Below, one piece after another: positions 29,718 through 39,382 of a DNA stretch of 64,000 bases. Numbering within the stretch: position 1 is the stretch's first letter; every line of letters begins with the position of its first letter. Both the position numbers and the translations under genes were made by a program. The stretch is from Longimicrobiales bacterium. GTDB lineage: Bacteria > Gemmatimonadota > Gemmatimonadetes > Longimicrobiales > Gaopeijiaceae. Location: contig JAWLHJ010000006.1 in NCBI GenBank assembly GCA_041690395.1, forward strand, positions 134,530-198,529, read 5' to 3'. The notes under the pieces were generated by a model that saw only the letters and a list, made by a program, of their open reading frames with translations, ran no database searches and was not told the DNA's origin.

Positions 29718-32700
29718 CGGTCGGCTCCCACCAGGGAACGGAAGAGCGCGGCATAGGCGCGCGCCATGGGCTCGGGGCCGAGGTCGCGGCGCGCGCGGGC
29801 GCGGATCTCCGGAGCGCGTGCCCTCCACTCCGAGCGTTGGTCGACGATTTCGCGGAGCGCAGTGGCCAGGGCCTCCTCGTTCGCTTCGGCCGTCTCGGCG
29901 GGTGGCTCGCGGATGGAGCGGGGGTCCACGGAGAGCGGATCGCCGACGGCGTTCGGGACCAGCCGTCCCCACGCGCCGTCCTCGACCAGCTCTCGGCTAC
30001 CGCCGCAGTCGCTCAGCACGAGGGGGAGCCCCACCCAGGCCGCCTCGGACGCCGCCACGCTCCATCCCTCGAAGAACGAGTTCGACACGTATGCGTCGGC
30101 CGCCGACAGCAGCGCCCCGATATGGCGGACGGGCGGCAGCGCGCGGATGGTGCCGCGCCGGAAGGGACCGGGCGTGGCGCGGCGCACCTCGCGGTAGTAG
30201 CCACGCTCCGACCGTGGTCCCGCGAAGACCAAGGTGGCGGCCGGGACGTCCCGCGCGAGGCGGTCGAACGCCCGTACCAGGCCGGTCATGTTCTTCTGGC
30301 GCGCGAAGCGCCCGTGGTGCACGAACATCGGCGCGTCCGGGTCGAGCCCGAGGCGCGCCCTGGCCCACGAGCGCGGCGCCAGCGCCGCCCGCCCGGGATG
30401 CACCGCGTTCGGGATCACGTGCGGCGTCGGCGCGGAGTCCGTGTGCAGCGCGTGGTACCGCGCCACCAGGTCGCTCACCGCCACGGTGGCGTCCAGCCCG
30501 CACAGCTTGCTCCGCTCACGCGTCCACTCCCGCTCGCCGAACCATGCATACGTGTTCTGCACCGTCTCGACGACCGGGGCCCGCCGTCCGGCCAGCGCGT
30601 CGACCACCTCGAGGTCCGCGAAATGCGTGGATACGACGTCCGGCGACACGTCCGCCATCCAGGCCTGCCAGGCGCGCGACGTGCCGTCCGCCACATAGAC
30701 GGGCACTCCCGCGTCGGCGAGCCGGCGGGCGATCCGCCCTCCCGAGTGCGTGCAGAGCACGTGCGGCACCGCACCCTGCGCCGGCAGGGTACGCGCGAGC
30801 AGCGCCACGATCTCCTCGAGCCCACCGAGGTCCAGAGACCGCACGACGAGCCCAACCCGCAGGGGCTCCGGGGAGCGCTCGCCGGTGTCCGATCCGGATC
30901 GCTCGCCGATGTCCGACCCGGAGCGCATGATCGGTCGCAGCTCCCGCGTGGCCGCCACGGCGTCCAGGAGCGGAGCTCGTTGGCGGATCCGCTGCGCGAC
31001 TCGACGCGCCCGACCCACCGGCCGCTGCAGGGTCTTCACCAGGCTCCGGCGCTCGTCGAGCGCTCTCGACGTGCTCTCGGAGATCGTGTTGTCTCCATGG
31101 ACCCGGTAGTGAACGTCGACCATGCCGGGCTCGAACACCACCCGCGCGCCGCAGAGCTCGACGGCCCGCACGAGGAAGTCCAGGTCGTGCACGTAGCGGA
31201 GGTCCCGGAACCCCCCGAGGGCGCGCCAGAGCGCTCGATGCATGAAGAAGTTGCTCGTCGTCACCGCAAAATTGTGCACGAGCGCCGCGCTTCGGAGCGA
31301 CCGCCGACCCGCGGCCGTCGCCAACGCCTCACGGTACCAGGACACTCCGGGGTGGTCCGCCGGGAGAGAGGCGCCGTCCCCGTCGACCCACCGGACCCCA
31401 CCGACGACCAGCGCGGCGTCGGTGGCTCGCGCCACGCTCCAGGCGTGCTCGAGCCGCTCGGGCGTGAAGCGGTCGTCGGAGTTCAGGATCGCGACGTAGT
31501 CGCCCTCGCTCAACGCGACCGCCCGGTTGATGGTCTCGTGGGCGCCCCGGTTCTCCTGGCGCACGACGCGCACGGCGTCCCACCGGGCCTCGTCGATCAC
31601 GCGCACCGACTCGTCCGTCGATCCGTCGTCGACCACCACGACGTCGCCCGCCGGGAGGGACTGGGCACGCACGCTCGCCAGGGCCTCGCCGATGTAGCGG
31701 ACATGGTTGTACGAGGGGATCACGACCGATATCACGGCCCGGGAGCGCGGCCAACCGCCCGGCCCCCCGGCCCCTGGCGGCAGACGAGCGGCCTGCCCGT
31801 CGCGGACCCGCCCCCCCGTTCGGGCCTGGCCGACCAGGCTCCCCAGGTCACGCATCCTCCGGTTCCAGCTGTTCGCGTCGGAGAAGCGCTCCATGGCCTC
31901 CTGCTCGTCGGCGCTCAGCCCCGACCGGTCCACGCGGCCCACCGCGTCGGAGAACGCGTCCGCCCCGTCGACGAGGGTCACGCCGGGTATCCCGCGTAGC
32001 GGATCGAGCTCGGGCGCCACCACCGGCAGCCCCATCCCCACGAACTCGTAGACCTTCAGCGGGCTCGTCGCCTGGGTGACGTCGTCGCGCGTCCAGGGGA
32101 GGACGGCGAGGTCGGAGTGGGCCAGGTAGGGAGGGAGATCGGGTTGCGGCTTGAGGCCCAGGAAGACGCAGTTGGCCGGCAGCCCCAGTCCCTCGCCGCG
32201 GTAGTCGCCCACGAAGACGAAGCTCGTGTCGGGATGGTCGGCGGCGAGCCGGCCGACGAGGCTCCAGTCGAACCATCCGCCCCAGAGGGCCCCCACGTAG
32301 AGGGCCACCCGCCCGTCGGGAAGGTCCTCCGGGCGAGCGTGGGGATGGTCGCTGTCGAAGATCCGTCCGTTGTAGGCGTTCGGCACAAGGTGGACCTCGC
32401 GCTCGGCCATGCGCTCCAGGCGCCGCACGAGCTCGGGGGCGGAGGCCACGACCAGGTCGGCGTCGAGCGCCACGCGCCGCTCGACCTCGGGGCGGTACCA
32501 CCCCTTGCCGAGCTCCGAGTCCCACCGGTCGACACAGTCGTAGACGGTCACCGCCCCGCCCGACGACGCCCGCTCGAGGATGCGGAGCCAGGCGCGCACC
32601 GGCACCTGGGTGATCACGGACGAGACGCCCCGCTCCCAGAGCAGCGCCCGGGCGGCCTTGCCCGAGGGACCGGTGAACGACTTGAGCGACGTCTCCACGA

Positions 32701-32917
32701 GCCGCGGCCGTTGGAAGCGGAGCCCGAGGTCGACGGTTTCGGTGACGCGTCCGTGGCTCACGAAGACGACCGCGTAGCCCGACTCCAGGAGCTCGAGCGC
32801 CATCTGCGCGCTGCGCTGGCCACCCCCGGTGTCGTGCATCGGGTTCGCCGACAGGATCAGCACCGTGCCGGGGGCGCCCTCCGTCGCCCGGGCTACGCGC
32901 TCGCGCAGGCTCTTCAC
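29714..32917 (-). CDS. Three-domain glycosyltransferase (GT4-like + GT2 + GT4)
   Basis: YDCVD and SPLKVYEF; ISVVIPSYNH, VDDGSTD, LNSDD; GGLE and EGWSVAASEA; start uncertain (32917-32992). Confidence 0.88.
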   Translation of the reverse strand: MKSLRERVARATEGAPGTVLILSANPMHDTGGGQRSAQMALELLESGYAVVFVSHGRVTETVDLGLRFQRPRLVETSLKSFTGPSGKAARALLWERGVSSVITQVPVRAWLRILERASSGGAVTVYDCVDRWDSELGKGWYRPEVERRVALDADLVVASAPELVRRLERMAEREVHLVPNAYNGRIFDSDHPHARPEDLPDGRVALYVGALWGGWFDWSLVGRLAADHPDTSFVFVGDYRGEGLGLPANCVFLGLKPQPDLPPYLAHSDLAVLPWTRDDVTQATSPLKVYEFVGMGLPVVAPELDPLRGIPGVTLVDGADAFSDAVGRVDRSGLSADEQEAMERFSDANSWNRRMRDLGSLVGQARTGGRVRDGQAARLPPGAGGPGGWPRSRAVISVVIPSYNHVRYIGEALASVRAQSLPAGDVVVVDDGSTDESVRVIDEARWDAVRVVRQENRGAHETINRAVALSEGDYVAILNSDDRFTPERLEHAWSVARATDAALVVGGVRWVDGDGASLPADHPGVSWYREALATAAGRRSLRSAALVHNFAVTTSNFFMHRALWRALGGFRDLRYVHDLDFLVRAVELCGARVVFEPGMVDVHYRVHGDNTISESTSRALDERRSLVKTLQRPVGRARRVAQRIRQRAPLLDAVAATRELRPIMRSGSDIGERSGSDTGERSPEPLRVGLVVRSLDLGGLEEIVALLARTLPAQGAVPHVLCTHSGGRIARRLADAGVPVYVADGTSRAWQAWMADVSPDVVSTHFADLEVVDALAGRRAPVVETVQNTYAWFGEREWTRERSKLCGLDATVAVSDLVARYHALHTDSAPTPHVIPNAVHPGRAALAPRSWARARLGLDPDAPMFVHHGRFARQKNMTGLVRAFDRLARDVPAATLVFAGPRSERGYYREVRRATPGPFRRGTIRALPPVRHIGALLSAADAYVSNSFFEGWSVAASEAAWVGLPLVLSDCGGSRELVEDGAWGRLVPNAVGDPLSVDPRSIREPPAETAEANEEALATALREIVDQRSEWRARAPEIRARARRDLGPEPMARAYAALFRSLVGADR

Positions 32918-33157
32918 GGCCGCGAGCGAATGCGCGTACGCGCCGGGGCCGGGCGCCTCGCGAACCGGGCCGACGTCACGGCCCGCCCGCACCGCACGGG
33001 GCGGGGCGTGCGGGACGGCGCGGCGGTGGACTCGGTCGTGGGGACCATGGACCTCGGAGGAGGGTGGTAGGACGGCGCGGCCCCAAACATGGGCGAGGGA
33101 CCCCGATGTCTCCAGGGTGTCAGTCCGACCTACCCTCCCGGCGGCGACTCCGGGACC

Positions 33158-34510
33158 TCAGAGATCCAGTTCGTACGCCTTGATCTTGTTGATCAACGTC
33201 GCCCGGGCGATACCGAGATCCTTTGCGGCGTGCGTGCGGTTGCCGTCGTGGTGCACGAGCATGCGCTCGATGTGACGGCGCTCGACGGTCTGGAGCGGCT
33301 CGGGCGTGAATCCGCCCCGCCTGGACCGCGTGCCGCTCTTCTTCAGCTCGGCCGGCAGGTGCTCGGGGCCGATCGCTTCCGCGTCCCCGCCGAAGATCAG
33401 CGCCCGCTCCAGCACGTTCCGCATCTCGCGGATGTTGCCCGGCCACTCGTAGGTGATCAGCCGGTCGAGGGCGTCGTCGGAGAACGCCGTGGGGCCCCGC
33501 CGGATCTCCACCCTGAGCTCCCGCAGGATCCCGTGCAGCAGCGCGAGCCGGTCCTCCTCGGTCCGCTCGCGGACGGCCGGCAGGTGGAGGGGCGTCACGT
33601 TCAGGCGGTAGAAGAGGTCCTCGCGGAACCTGCCTTCCTCCCGGAGGCGATCCAGGTCCTGGTGGGTGGCGGCGACCAGCCGGGCATCCACCGTGATCTC
33701 GCGGGTGCCGCCGAGGCGCCGGAACGTCTTGGTCTCCAGCACCTTGAGGAGCTTGGGCTGGAGCTCGGGGGCCAGGTCGCCGACCTCGTCCAGGAAGAGG
33801 ACGCCGGTGTGCGCGGCCTCGAACAGCCCCTCCCGGCGCTCCTTGGCGTCGGTGTACGCTCCCTTCTCGTGGCCGAAGAGCTCGGAGTCGAGGAAGGTGG
33901 CGGTGAGACCGGCGCAGTTGACCTCCACGAACGGCCGGTCGGAGCGGGCGCTCATCCCGTGTAGCATGCGCGCGACCCAGCCCTTCCCCGTGCCGCTCTC
34001 GCCGGTCAGGAGCACGGTGGTCCGGTCGCTCTCGGCCAGGAGCCGGATCTGGCCCGCGAGATCGGTCATGAGCGGGGAGACCCCGAGTGCGTCCAGGTCG
34101 CCGGTACCGTCCCCGGCTCGCGCCTTGAGCGCGGCGTTCTCTCGCCGGAGCCGGGTCTTCTCGGCGGCGCGTCCCACCACGGCGCCGAGATGCGCGAGCT
34201 CGACGGGCTTGGTGAGGAAGTTCTCGGCCCCCAGCCGCATGCTGCGCACCGCCGTTTCGATGTCGCCGGTACCGGTGAGCATGACGACGCAGCCGTCGCG
34301 CTCCCGGATCCGCTCGAGCACCTCGAGACCGTGCAGGTCCGGAAGCTCGAGATCGAGCACGACGACGTCCGGGCGGTGGCGCTCGTAGGCCTCGACGCCG
34401 CCGGCTCCGACCGACTCGGCCAGCACGTCGTAGCCGAGCCCTTCCAAGTATCGCTTGAGCGACCTCAGGATGTTCGGGTCGTCGTCGACCAGCAGCACCG
34501 TTCCGCTCAC
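33158..34510 (-). CDS. sigma54-dependent response regulator (NtrC/AtoC family)
   Basis: Receiver LLVDDD..LDLELP..KP; AAA+ GESGTGK, ELFGHEKGAYTDA, FLDEV, FREDLFYRL, WPGNIRE; Fis-type HTH. Confidence 0.95.
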   Translation of the reverse strand: MSGTVLLVDDDPNILRSLKRYLEGLGYDVLAESVGAGGVEAYERHRPDVVVLDLELPDLHGLEVLERIRERDGCVVMLTGTGDIETAVRSMRLGAENFLTKPVELAHLGAVVGRAAEKTRLRRENAALKARAGDGTGDLDALGVSPLMTDLAGQIRLLAESDRTTVLLTGESGTGKGWVARMLHGMSARSDRPFVEVNCAGLTATFLDSELFGHEKGAYTDAKERREGLFEAAHTGVLFLDEVGDLAPELQPKLLKVLETKTFRRLGGTREITVDARLVAATHQDLDRLREEGRFREDLFYRLNVTPLHLPAVRERTEEDRLALLHGILRELRVEIRRGPTAFSDDALDRLITYEWPGNIREMRNVLERALIFGGDAEAIGPEHLPAELKKSGTRSRRGGFTPEPLQTVERRHIERMLVHHDGNRTHAAKDLGIARATLINKIKAYELDL

Positions 34511-37134
34511 GAGCCCTGACCGTCGATGGGCTCGGGAACCAGGCGCACCACCACCGGCCCGGGGGACGGCGCGTCGGCCTGGAGCGGAATCTCTACCGGA
34601 TAGGCCGCGCGTTCGGGCTCCATGCCCATCGTTCCGGGAGAGCCGGTCGCCAGCCGGAGCTCGTAGCGCCCCGGCTTCACCCCGATCTCGTAGATCTCGC
34701 CGTCGGAGAACGCCCTGATGGAACGGCTCTGCCCCGTCTCGACGTCCACCAACTCGAGCTGGGCGTAGGGCACGGCCACCTCGCCGTCGGCGGTGACGCG
34801 CACCACCCGGCCCACGAGCTCGCGAGCCCGGGCGAGGGGGATGTCGACGCGGCCGAACGAGGACGGGGGCACGACGACGCGGACCTGGTCGCGGGTCGGT
34901 ACCAGGAACGGGTCGGCGATCGACGCGGAGTCGGCCCAGACCTCCACGGGCTCGAACGGCACCAGGTCCCACGCGTGGTGCCGTCCGTCCTCGTCGGTCC
35001 TCACCGTGCGACCGCCGATCACGACGCGCACGTCGTCGAGCCCCGTTTCGTCGGGGTCACGGATTCCGTTTCCGTTGTCATCCACGAAGACATAACCCGA
35101 GACCCCACCGCGCTCCAGCCCGGGCCGACCCGTGAACCCCAGACGCCCCACCGACTCGTCCCAGTGCATGGCCCCCTGCGTCACCTGGGTCACCCGCGCC
35201 GGGAAGCCCTCCGGGGCGGCGAGCTGGGTGAGGCTGCGAAGCTGCGCCAGGTCCGCCGAGAAGGTGACGGTCAGGTCGGACCCGAGCCCGCGACGCCATC
35301 CGCCGCCGACCTCGAGACGCGTCGCCCGGGTGATCTGGTACGCCAGCCGGGCCCGCATCCGCTCGACCTGTTCGCCTTCGAGAAACTCCATCTCTCCCCG
35401 GGCCCAGAGCCGGTGCCCTCCGGGAAGCGAAACGAGGCCCGTGACCGAGCCTTGCTGGAAGTCCCGGACCCACCGCGCCCCCATGCCCATGTCGTCCGTC
35501 TCCCGCCGGATGCCCAACTCGACGTTGGCCGGGCCGGCTCGGAAGGTCGACGACGCCTGCATCCGCGAGAGCACCCCGAAATCGAAGTCCTGACGCAGGA
35601 CGGACGCACGCACGAGCCATCGTGAGCGGCTGGCCACGGGGCGAAAAAGCAGGTCGGCCTCCGTGGTGGCGCTCCGACTTCCGTCGTTCAGGACGGGCGC
35701 CGCGACGTCCGACGAGAAGGCCGTATGCGCCACTCGCGCCCGGAGGCGCGGAGACGGCGCGAACGTCAGGCCACCCCGCAGGAACCCCCGATGCACCGCC
35801 TCGGCCGTGAGTTGGAGACTCGGCACGATCGAGCCCGTCACGCCCACGTAGGGCTGCGCCAGCGACGGGAGGGAATCGCGGGTGAACGACTCCATGCCGG
35901 CGCGCGCCGTCCAGCGCTCCGAGAGCCCGTACCGGAGGTCGAGGTTGCCCGTGAAGTCGCAACGCGAGTCCCGGCACGCCCCGCCGCTCAGCCCCCACTC
36001 GAACGTCCCGGCGCTCAGCCGGTCCAGACCGAGCAGCACGAGGCGCTCCGTGGTGACGACCTCGCCGTGTGGGCCGAACGCTACGACCTGGATGGCGTTC
36101 TCTCCGTACCGCAGAGGGATGTCCAGGGCGAAGGCGCCCTGCTCGTCGGCACGGCTGACGTCGACGGTGCCGCCGGACTGCCGCAGCTCGACGTCCCAGC
36201 CGGGGCCGACCCGACCCGAGAACGCATCCACGCCGAAAAAACTCCGGCGCACGAAGGGTGCGTTCGTGAACGAGAAGCCACGAAGGCTCCGGTAACGAGG
36301 CCCGGTCGTGAAGCCGTCGCCGAAGCGCATCTGGGTCAGCCAGCTCAGGTCGTGGAAGACGCGCTGGTACGTCGCGTCGATCCGGTGCCTGCCCTGGCTC
36401 GCCGGCCCGACGCTCTGGGCGCTGACCTGCACGCCACCCTCGAAGGCCCGCGCGCCCAGACCGACGGCATACGCGGTGCTCTCCGACAGGTCGTTCATGG
36501 TGGAAGAGAGGCGCCAGTCGACGACCGCCCCGCCGAGCCGGGGGCGCTCCAGCTCGAGGAGCTGCGCGCCCGCGCCCGCCTCGCGTCCGCCGGTGAGGTT
36601 CCGCCAGCGGGCCTCACGCTCGAGCCGCAGGCCGACGGGAAGCGCTTCGGGGTTCCGGACCGTCACCGCCAGCTGGCTCAGGTCGGTGCGAATGCCGAGC
36701 CCGAGCAATGCCTCGAGGACCGAAGTCGCCACGTACGTGCTGCCCCCACTCACCGCGATCGAGCCTTCGGGCAGCGAGGAGGGCGCGCCGTCCACGCTCG
36801 CAAGCCCCGCCACCGGGTCGATGGCGACGACCCGAGCGCCGGGATAAAGCACCGCCCGCACGCGTCCGTCCGCGTCGACCGTGTGCTCGACCTCCCCGAG
36901 GCGGAGGAGATCGCCGACGGGGAGCAGGACCTCGGCACCGTCGGAGAGCGCGAAGACGGTAGCCGACATCAGCCGGCCGATACGGAGCTCGACGAGCACC
37001 TCGTCGAGGTCGGCAGCCGACGCGATCGCCGCCGGCGTGGCAGGATCCTGCGCGTGGACGTCCCCGGCCCAAGGCCCGGCCAGCAGCGCTCCGAGCGCGA
37101 GGCACGCCAGGCCCCCACGCCGGACCCGCGTCAT
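34507..37134 (-). CDS. Usher-like outer-membrane protein
   Basis: About 875 aa with a signal peptide; beta-barrel-like body with GFSFTNAP, PGWDVEL, DIPLRYGEN, RYGLSERWT; C-terminal SdrD-B-like GYVFVDDNGNG domain; follows the chaperone gene. Confidence 0.75.
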   Translation of the reverse strand: MTRVRRGGLACLALGALLAGPWAGDVHAQDPATPAAIASAADLDEVLVELRIGRLMSATVFALSDGAEVLLPVGDLLRLGEVEHTVDADGRVRAVLYPGARVVAIDPVAGLASVDGAPSSLPEGSIAVSGGSTYVATSVLEALLGLGIRTDLSQLAVTVRNPEALPVGLRLEREARWRNLTGGREAGAGAQLLELERPRLGGAVVDWRLSSTMNDLSESTAYAVGLGARAFEGGVQVSAQSVGPASQGRHRIDATYQRVFHDLSWLTQMRFGDGFTTGPRYRSLRGFSFTNAPFVRRSFFGVDAFSGRVGPGWDVELRQSGGTVDVSRADEQGAFALDIPLRYGENAIQVVAFGPHGEVVTTERLVLLGLDRLSAGTFEWGLSGGACRDSRCDFTGNLDLRYGLSERWTARAGMESFTRDSLPSLAQPYVGVTGSIVPSLQLTAEAVHRGFLRGGLTFAPSPRLRARVAHTAFSSDVAAPVLNDGSRSATTEADLLFRPVASRSRWLVRASVLRQDFDFGVLSRMQASSTFRAGPANVELGIRRETDDMGMGARWVRDFQQGSVTGLVSLPGGHRLWARGEMEFLEGEQVERMRARLAYQITRATRLEVGGGWRRGLGSDLTVTFSADLAQLRSLTQLAAPEGFPARVTQVTQGAMHWDESVGRLGFTGRPGLERGGVSGYVFVDDNGNGIRDPDETGLDDVRVVIGGRTVRTDEDGRHHAWDLVPFEPVEVWADSASIADPFLVPTRDQVRVVVPPSSFGRVDIPLARARELVGRVVRVTADGEVAVPYAQLELVDVETGQSRSIRAFSDGEIYEIGVKPGRYELRLATGSPGTMGMEPERAAYPVEIPLQADAPSPGPVVVRLVPEPIDGQGS

Positions 37135-37970
37135 GGGCGAACCACGTCCGCGGTCACCTCGACGGGATCGGCGATGAGCCGGTCGGCCGCCGGGATGTCG
37201 TCCCGCTCGGTGGTGAACCGGAGCACCATCCGGTAAGTGCCCGTCGGAAGGCTGGAGACGTCGTAGGCGTAGCGCCGGCTGTATTCGCGGTACACCGCCA
37301 CCTGTTCGCTCCACGCAGCCACCTCGGAGCCGTCGGCGGCGAGCAGACGCACGTCCATGTCGCCGATGTAGGCGCCTTCGCCGCCGCGCACCAGGATGGG
37401 CCGCATGTAGAGCGTGTCCCCGCGGACCTCGGGCTGGAAGTCCTCGACGCTCAGTGACGTCCGCACATCACCTTTCCTGTACGTCACCGAGATGATCGTC
37501 CGGACCTGCATGTCCAACCCAACGTTCACCTGAGCCGTGTCCGCGCCGGCAGCCGGCAACCGCTGCGCGCGGCTCGTGAGCACGAGTCGGGACCAATACT
37601 CGCCGTCGGGCGTCCCGACCGGAGGACGGGCCAGGAGGCGAACGATCCGGCGCTCACCGGGCGGCACCACGACACGTCGCGGGAGGGCCTGGATCCACCC
37701 TGCGGCCGAGCGCGGATCGTCCCCGACCGAATCGGTGTGGAGGAACAGCCGCCCCTCCGTGTCCGTTGTGGGATATCCGAACAACGTCTCGACGGTCACT
37801 TCCTCGGGATCGTTCGACGGGTTGTACAGCGTGATGGCCGCCGCCGGCTCGCGCTCCGTGATGTAGACGGCGGTCGGGGCCACGACGATGGCCACGGCCT
37901 CGACCAGGAGCGCACCGAGACAGAGCACGCCCGTGAGGGTGAGGGCACGGAGAACGGAATCGAGGCGCAT
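37131..37970 (-). CDS. PapD-like periplasmic pilus chaperone
   Basis: Signal peptide, VVAPTAVYI, ITLYN, PRRVVVPPGERRIVRL, GEYWSRL, ISVTYR. Confidence 0.8.
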   Translation of the reverse strand: MRLDSVLRALTLTGVLCLGALLVEAVAIVVAPTAVYITEREPAAAITLYNPSNDPEEVTVETLFGYPTTDTEGRLFLHTDSVGDDPRSAAGWIQALPRRVVVPPGERRIVRLLARPPVGTPDGEYWSRLVLTSRAQRLPAAGADTAQVNVGLDMQVRTIISVTYRKGDVRTSLSVEDFQPEVRGDTLYMRPILVRGGEGAYIGDMDVRLLAADGSEVAAWSEQVAVYREYSRRYAYDVSSLPTGTYRMVLRFTTERDDIPAADRLIADPVEVTADVVRP

Positions 37971-38476
37971 CAGCTTCCCACGTACGAGAGTGTAACCGTG
38001 ATCGTCGCTCCGTAGGTGCCGGGCGGGATCTGCGTCGGGGGCGAAGCGATTCCACCGAGGTAGATCATCCCCCGTCCGTTCTGGGGCAGCTGGAGGACCT
38101 CGGACACCTCCGGGTCGAGGGCGATCTGCGCGTTGATGTCCCGGCTCGGAGAGTAGCCGGCCGAACCGACGCCGAAGGTGAGTGGAACGCCCGCGCCGCC
38201 GGGGCCATCGAGCTGGGTCGGGAGCAGGAACGAGAGTAGCACGTCGCTACCGCCCCGCCCCCGGACCTCGACGCTCGCCGCGTTCAGGGCGTCGTTCGAT
38301 GGAACCACTGTGGGCACCCCGGGAAGGAGCGTGCCGAAAGACAGGCCTTGCCTCGCGTCGACCCGTAGGGGCCGCCCACCACCCGGGGGCCGTGGTCCGG
38401 GAGGACCCTGAGCCTCCAGAGCTGGGGCGCCCAACAGTAGCGCGAGCAGGGCGAGCGTGGAGACGCGTGGCATCAT
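37970..38476 (-). CDS. DUF4402-like pilin subunit (minor or tip)
   Basis: Signal peptide, LSFG motif, IYLGG..P..PPGTYGATITVTLSY C-terminus. Confidence 0.72.
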   Translation of the reverse strand: MMPRVSTLALLALLLGAPALEAQGPPGPRPPGGGRPLRVDARQGLSFGTLLPGVPTVVPSNDALNAASVEVRGRGGSDVLLSFLLPTQLDGPGGAGVPLTFGVGSAGYSPSRDINAQIALDPEVSEVLQLPQNGRGMIYLGGIASPPTQIPPGTYGATITVTLSYVGS

Positions 38477-38493
38477 CCCATGGGAGAGCGAGC

Positions 38494-38538
38494 CGAGGCC
38501 GGCGCCCCGGAGCCGTGTGGCCCGGGACCCCGGCCTCG
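38494..38538 (-). terminator. Intercistronic stem-loop after the major pilin gene
   Basis: CGAGGCCGG..CCGG arms pair with CCGG..CCGGCCTCG; no U-tract. Confidence 0.4.
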
Positions 38539-38580
38539 TGGACCGGTCGGAGGCAAGGTATCACCTCGCGCACAACCCGG

Positions 38581-39063
38581 TCAGTTTGGATACACGACTG
38601 TCAGGGTGACCGTCCCGGAGTAGGTGCCCGCTCCCTGGTCGACCGCGGGAAGCACGGTGCCGCCCAGGAACACGTCCCAGCCACCGGACGCCCCAAGACC
38701 GACCGTCACGTCCGCGTTCGGGTCGAGGCCGGTGCTCGGCGCGCCGTCGCCGTACCCTGCGTCGAACGACACCGGCATGGTCAGGGCGCCCGCGGTCAGC
38801 TCGGTAGGGAGGGTGAAGTCCACGATGACGTCCTGGTCGGCCGCACCGGAGACCGTGAAGGCGCCACCGGTAGCGGCCCCAGGAGCCACGACGGTCGGCA
38901 CGCCAGGAAGCACCTGACCGAAATTGAGGTCGGCGACGGCCGTGACGTCGATGGGCGACAGCACCTCAGCGAGCGCCTGGATGTCGGCCGTGTTCTGTCC
39001 GGAGACCGCGCCCGGAAGAGCGAGGAGGGCGGCGGCCGCGAAGGCGATGATCGAGTTGCGCAT
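38581..39063 (-). CDS. DUF4402-like pilin subunit (probable major)
   Basis: Signal peptide, N-terminal ADIQALAEVL, DLNFG, VFLGGTV.P..AGTYSGTVTLTVVY; acidic, Gly/Thr/Val-rich; first gene of the operon. Confidence 0.78.
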   Translation of the reverse strand: MRNSIIAFAAAALLALPGAVSGQNTADIQALAEVLSPIDVTAVADLNFGQVLPGVPTVVAPGAATGGAFTVSGAADQDVIVDFTLPTELTAGALTMPVSFDAGYGDGAPSTGLDPNADVTVGLGASGGWDVFLGGTVLPAVDQGAGTYSGTVTLTVVYPN

Positions 39064-39137
39064 GGTTCTCTTTCCCTGTCCTATGGATGTCGAGCGGGTG
39101 GTCGTCCGAGATGTGCAGGTCGGTGCGAACGGCATGG

Positions 39138-39152
39138 GCAACACGGATGCCA
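39138..39152 (-). promoter_or_regulatory. sigma54 (-24/-12) promoter of the pilus operon
   Basis: Minus strand TGGCATCCGTGTTGC = GG-N10-GC, about 75 bp before the pilin ATG. Confidence 0.75.
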
Positions 39153-39173
39153 CGACCGTCTCGAAGTGCGCCA

Positions 39174-39251
39174 CTGTCTAATATCGAGACAGCTAGGGCG
39201 GCGGCGCGGTACCATGCCGAGGAGTCGGTGTGGTGTATAAATATCGTACAC
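39174..39251. promoter_or_regulatory. Two palindromic TGT-N11-ACA sites (putative enhancer-binding-protein sites)
   Basis: CTGTCTAATATCGAGACAG (39174-39192) and GTGTATAAATATCGTACAC (39233-39251), sharing AATATCG. Confidence 0.6.
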
Positions 39252-39328
39252 TTCGGGAGTCGCCGACGAGGTCGCCCTCTCGCTTGTAAGCCAATACCCT
39301 ACAATTACTTAGGAAGATATCGACACCC

Positions 39329-39344
39329 AGGCACGCCTCGTGCA
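39329..39344 (+). promoter_or_regulatory. Divergent sigma54 promoter
   Basis: AGGCACGCCTCGTGCA = GG-N10-GC with the GGCACG core, 38 bp before ATG 39383. Confidence 0.65.
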
Positions 39345-39382
39345 CCTTTGGGTCGGCGACACCTCCCCCCACGGAGCCGACG

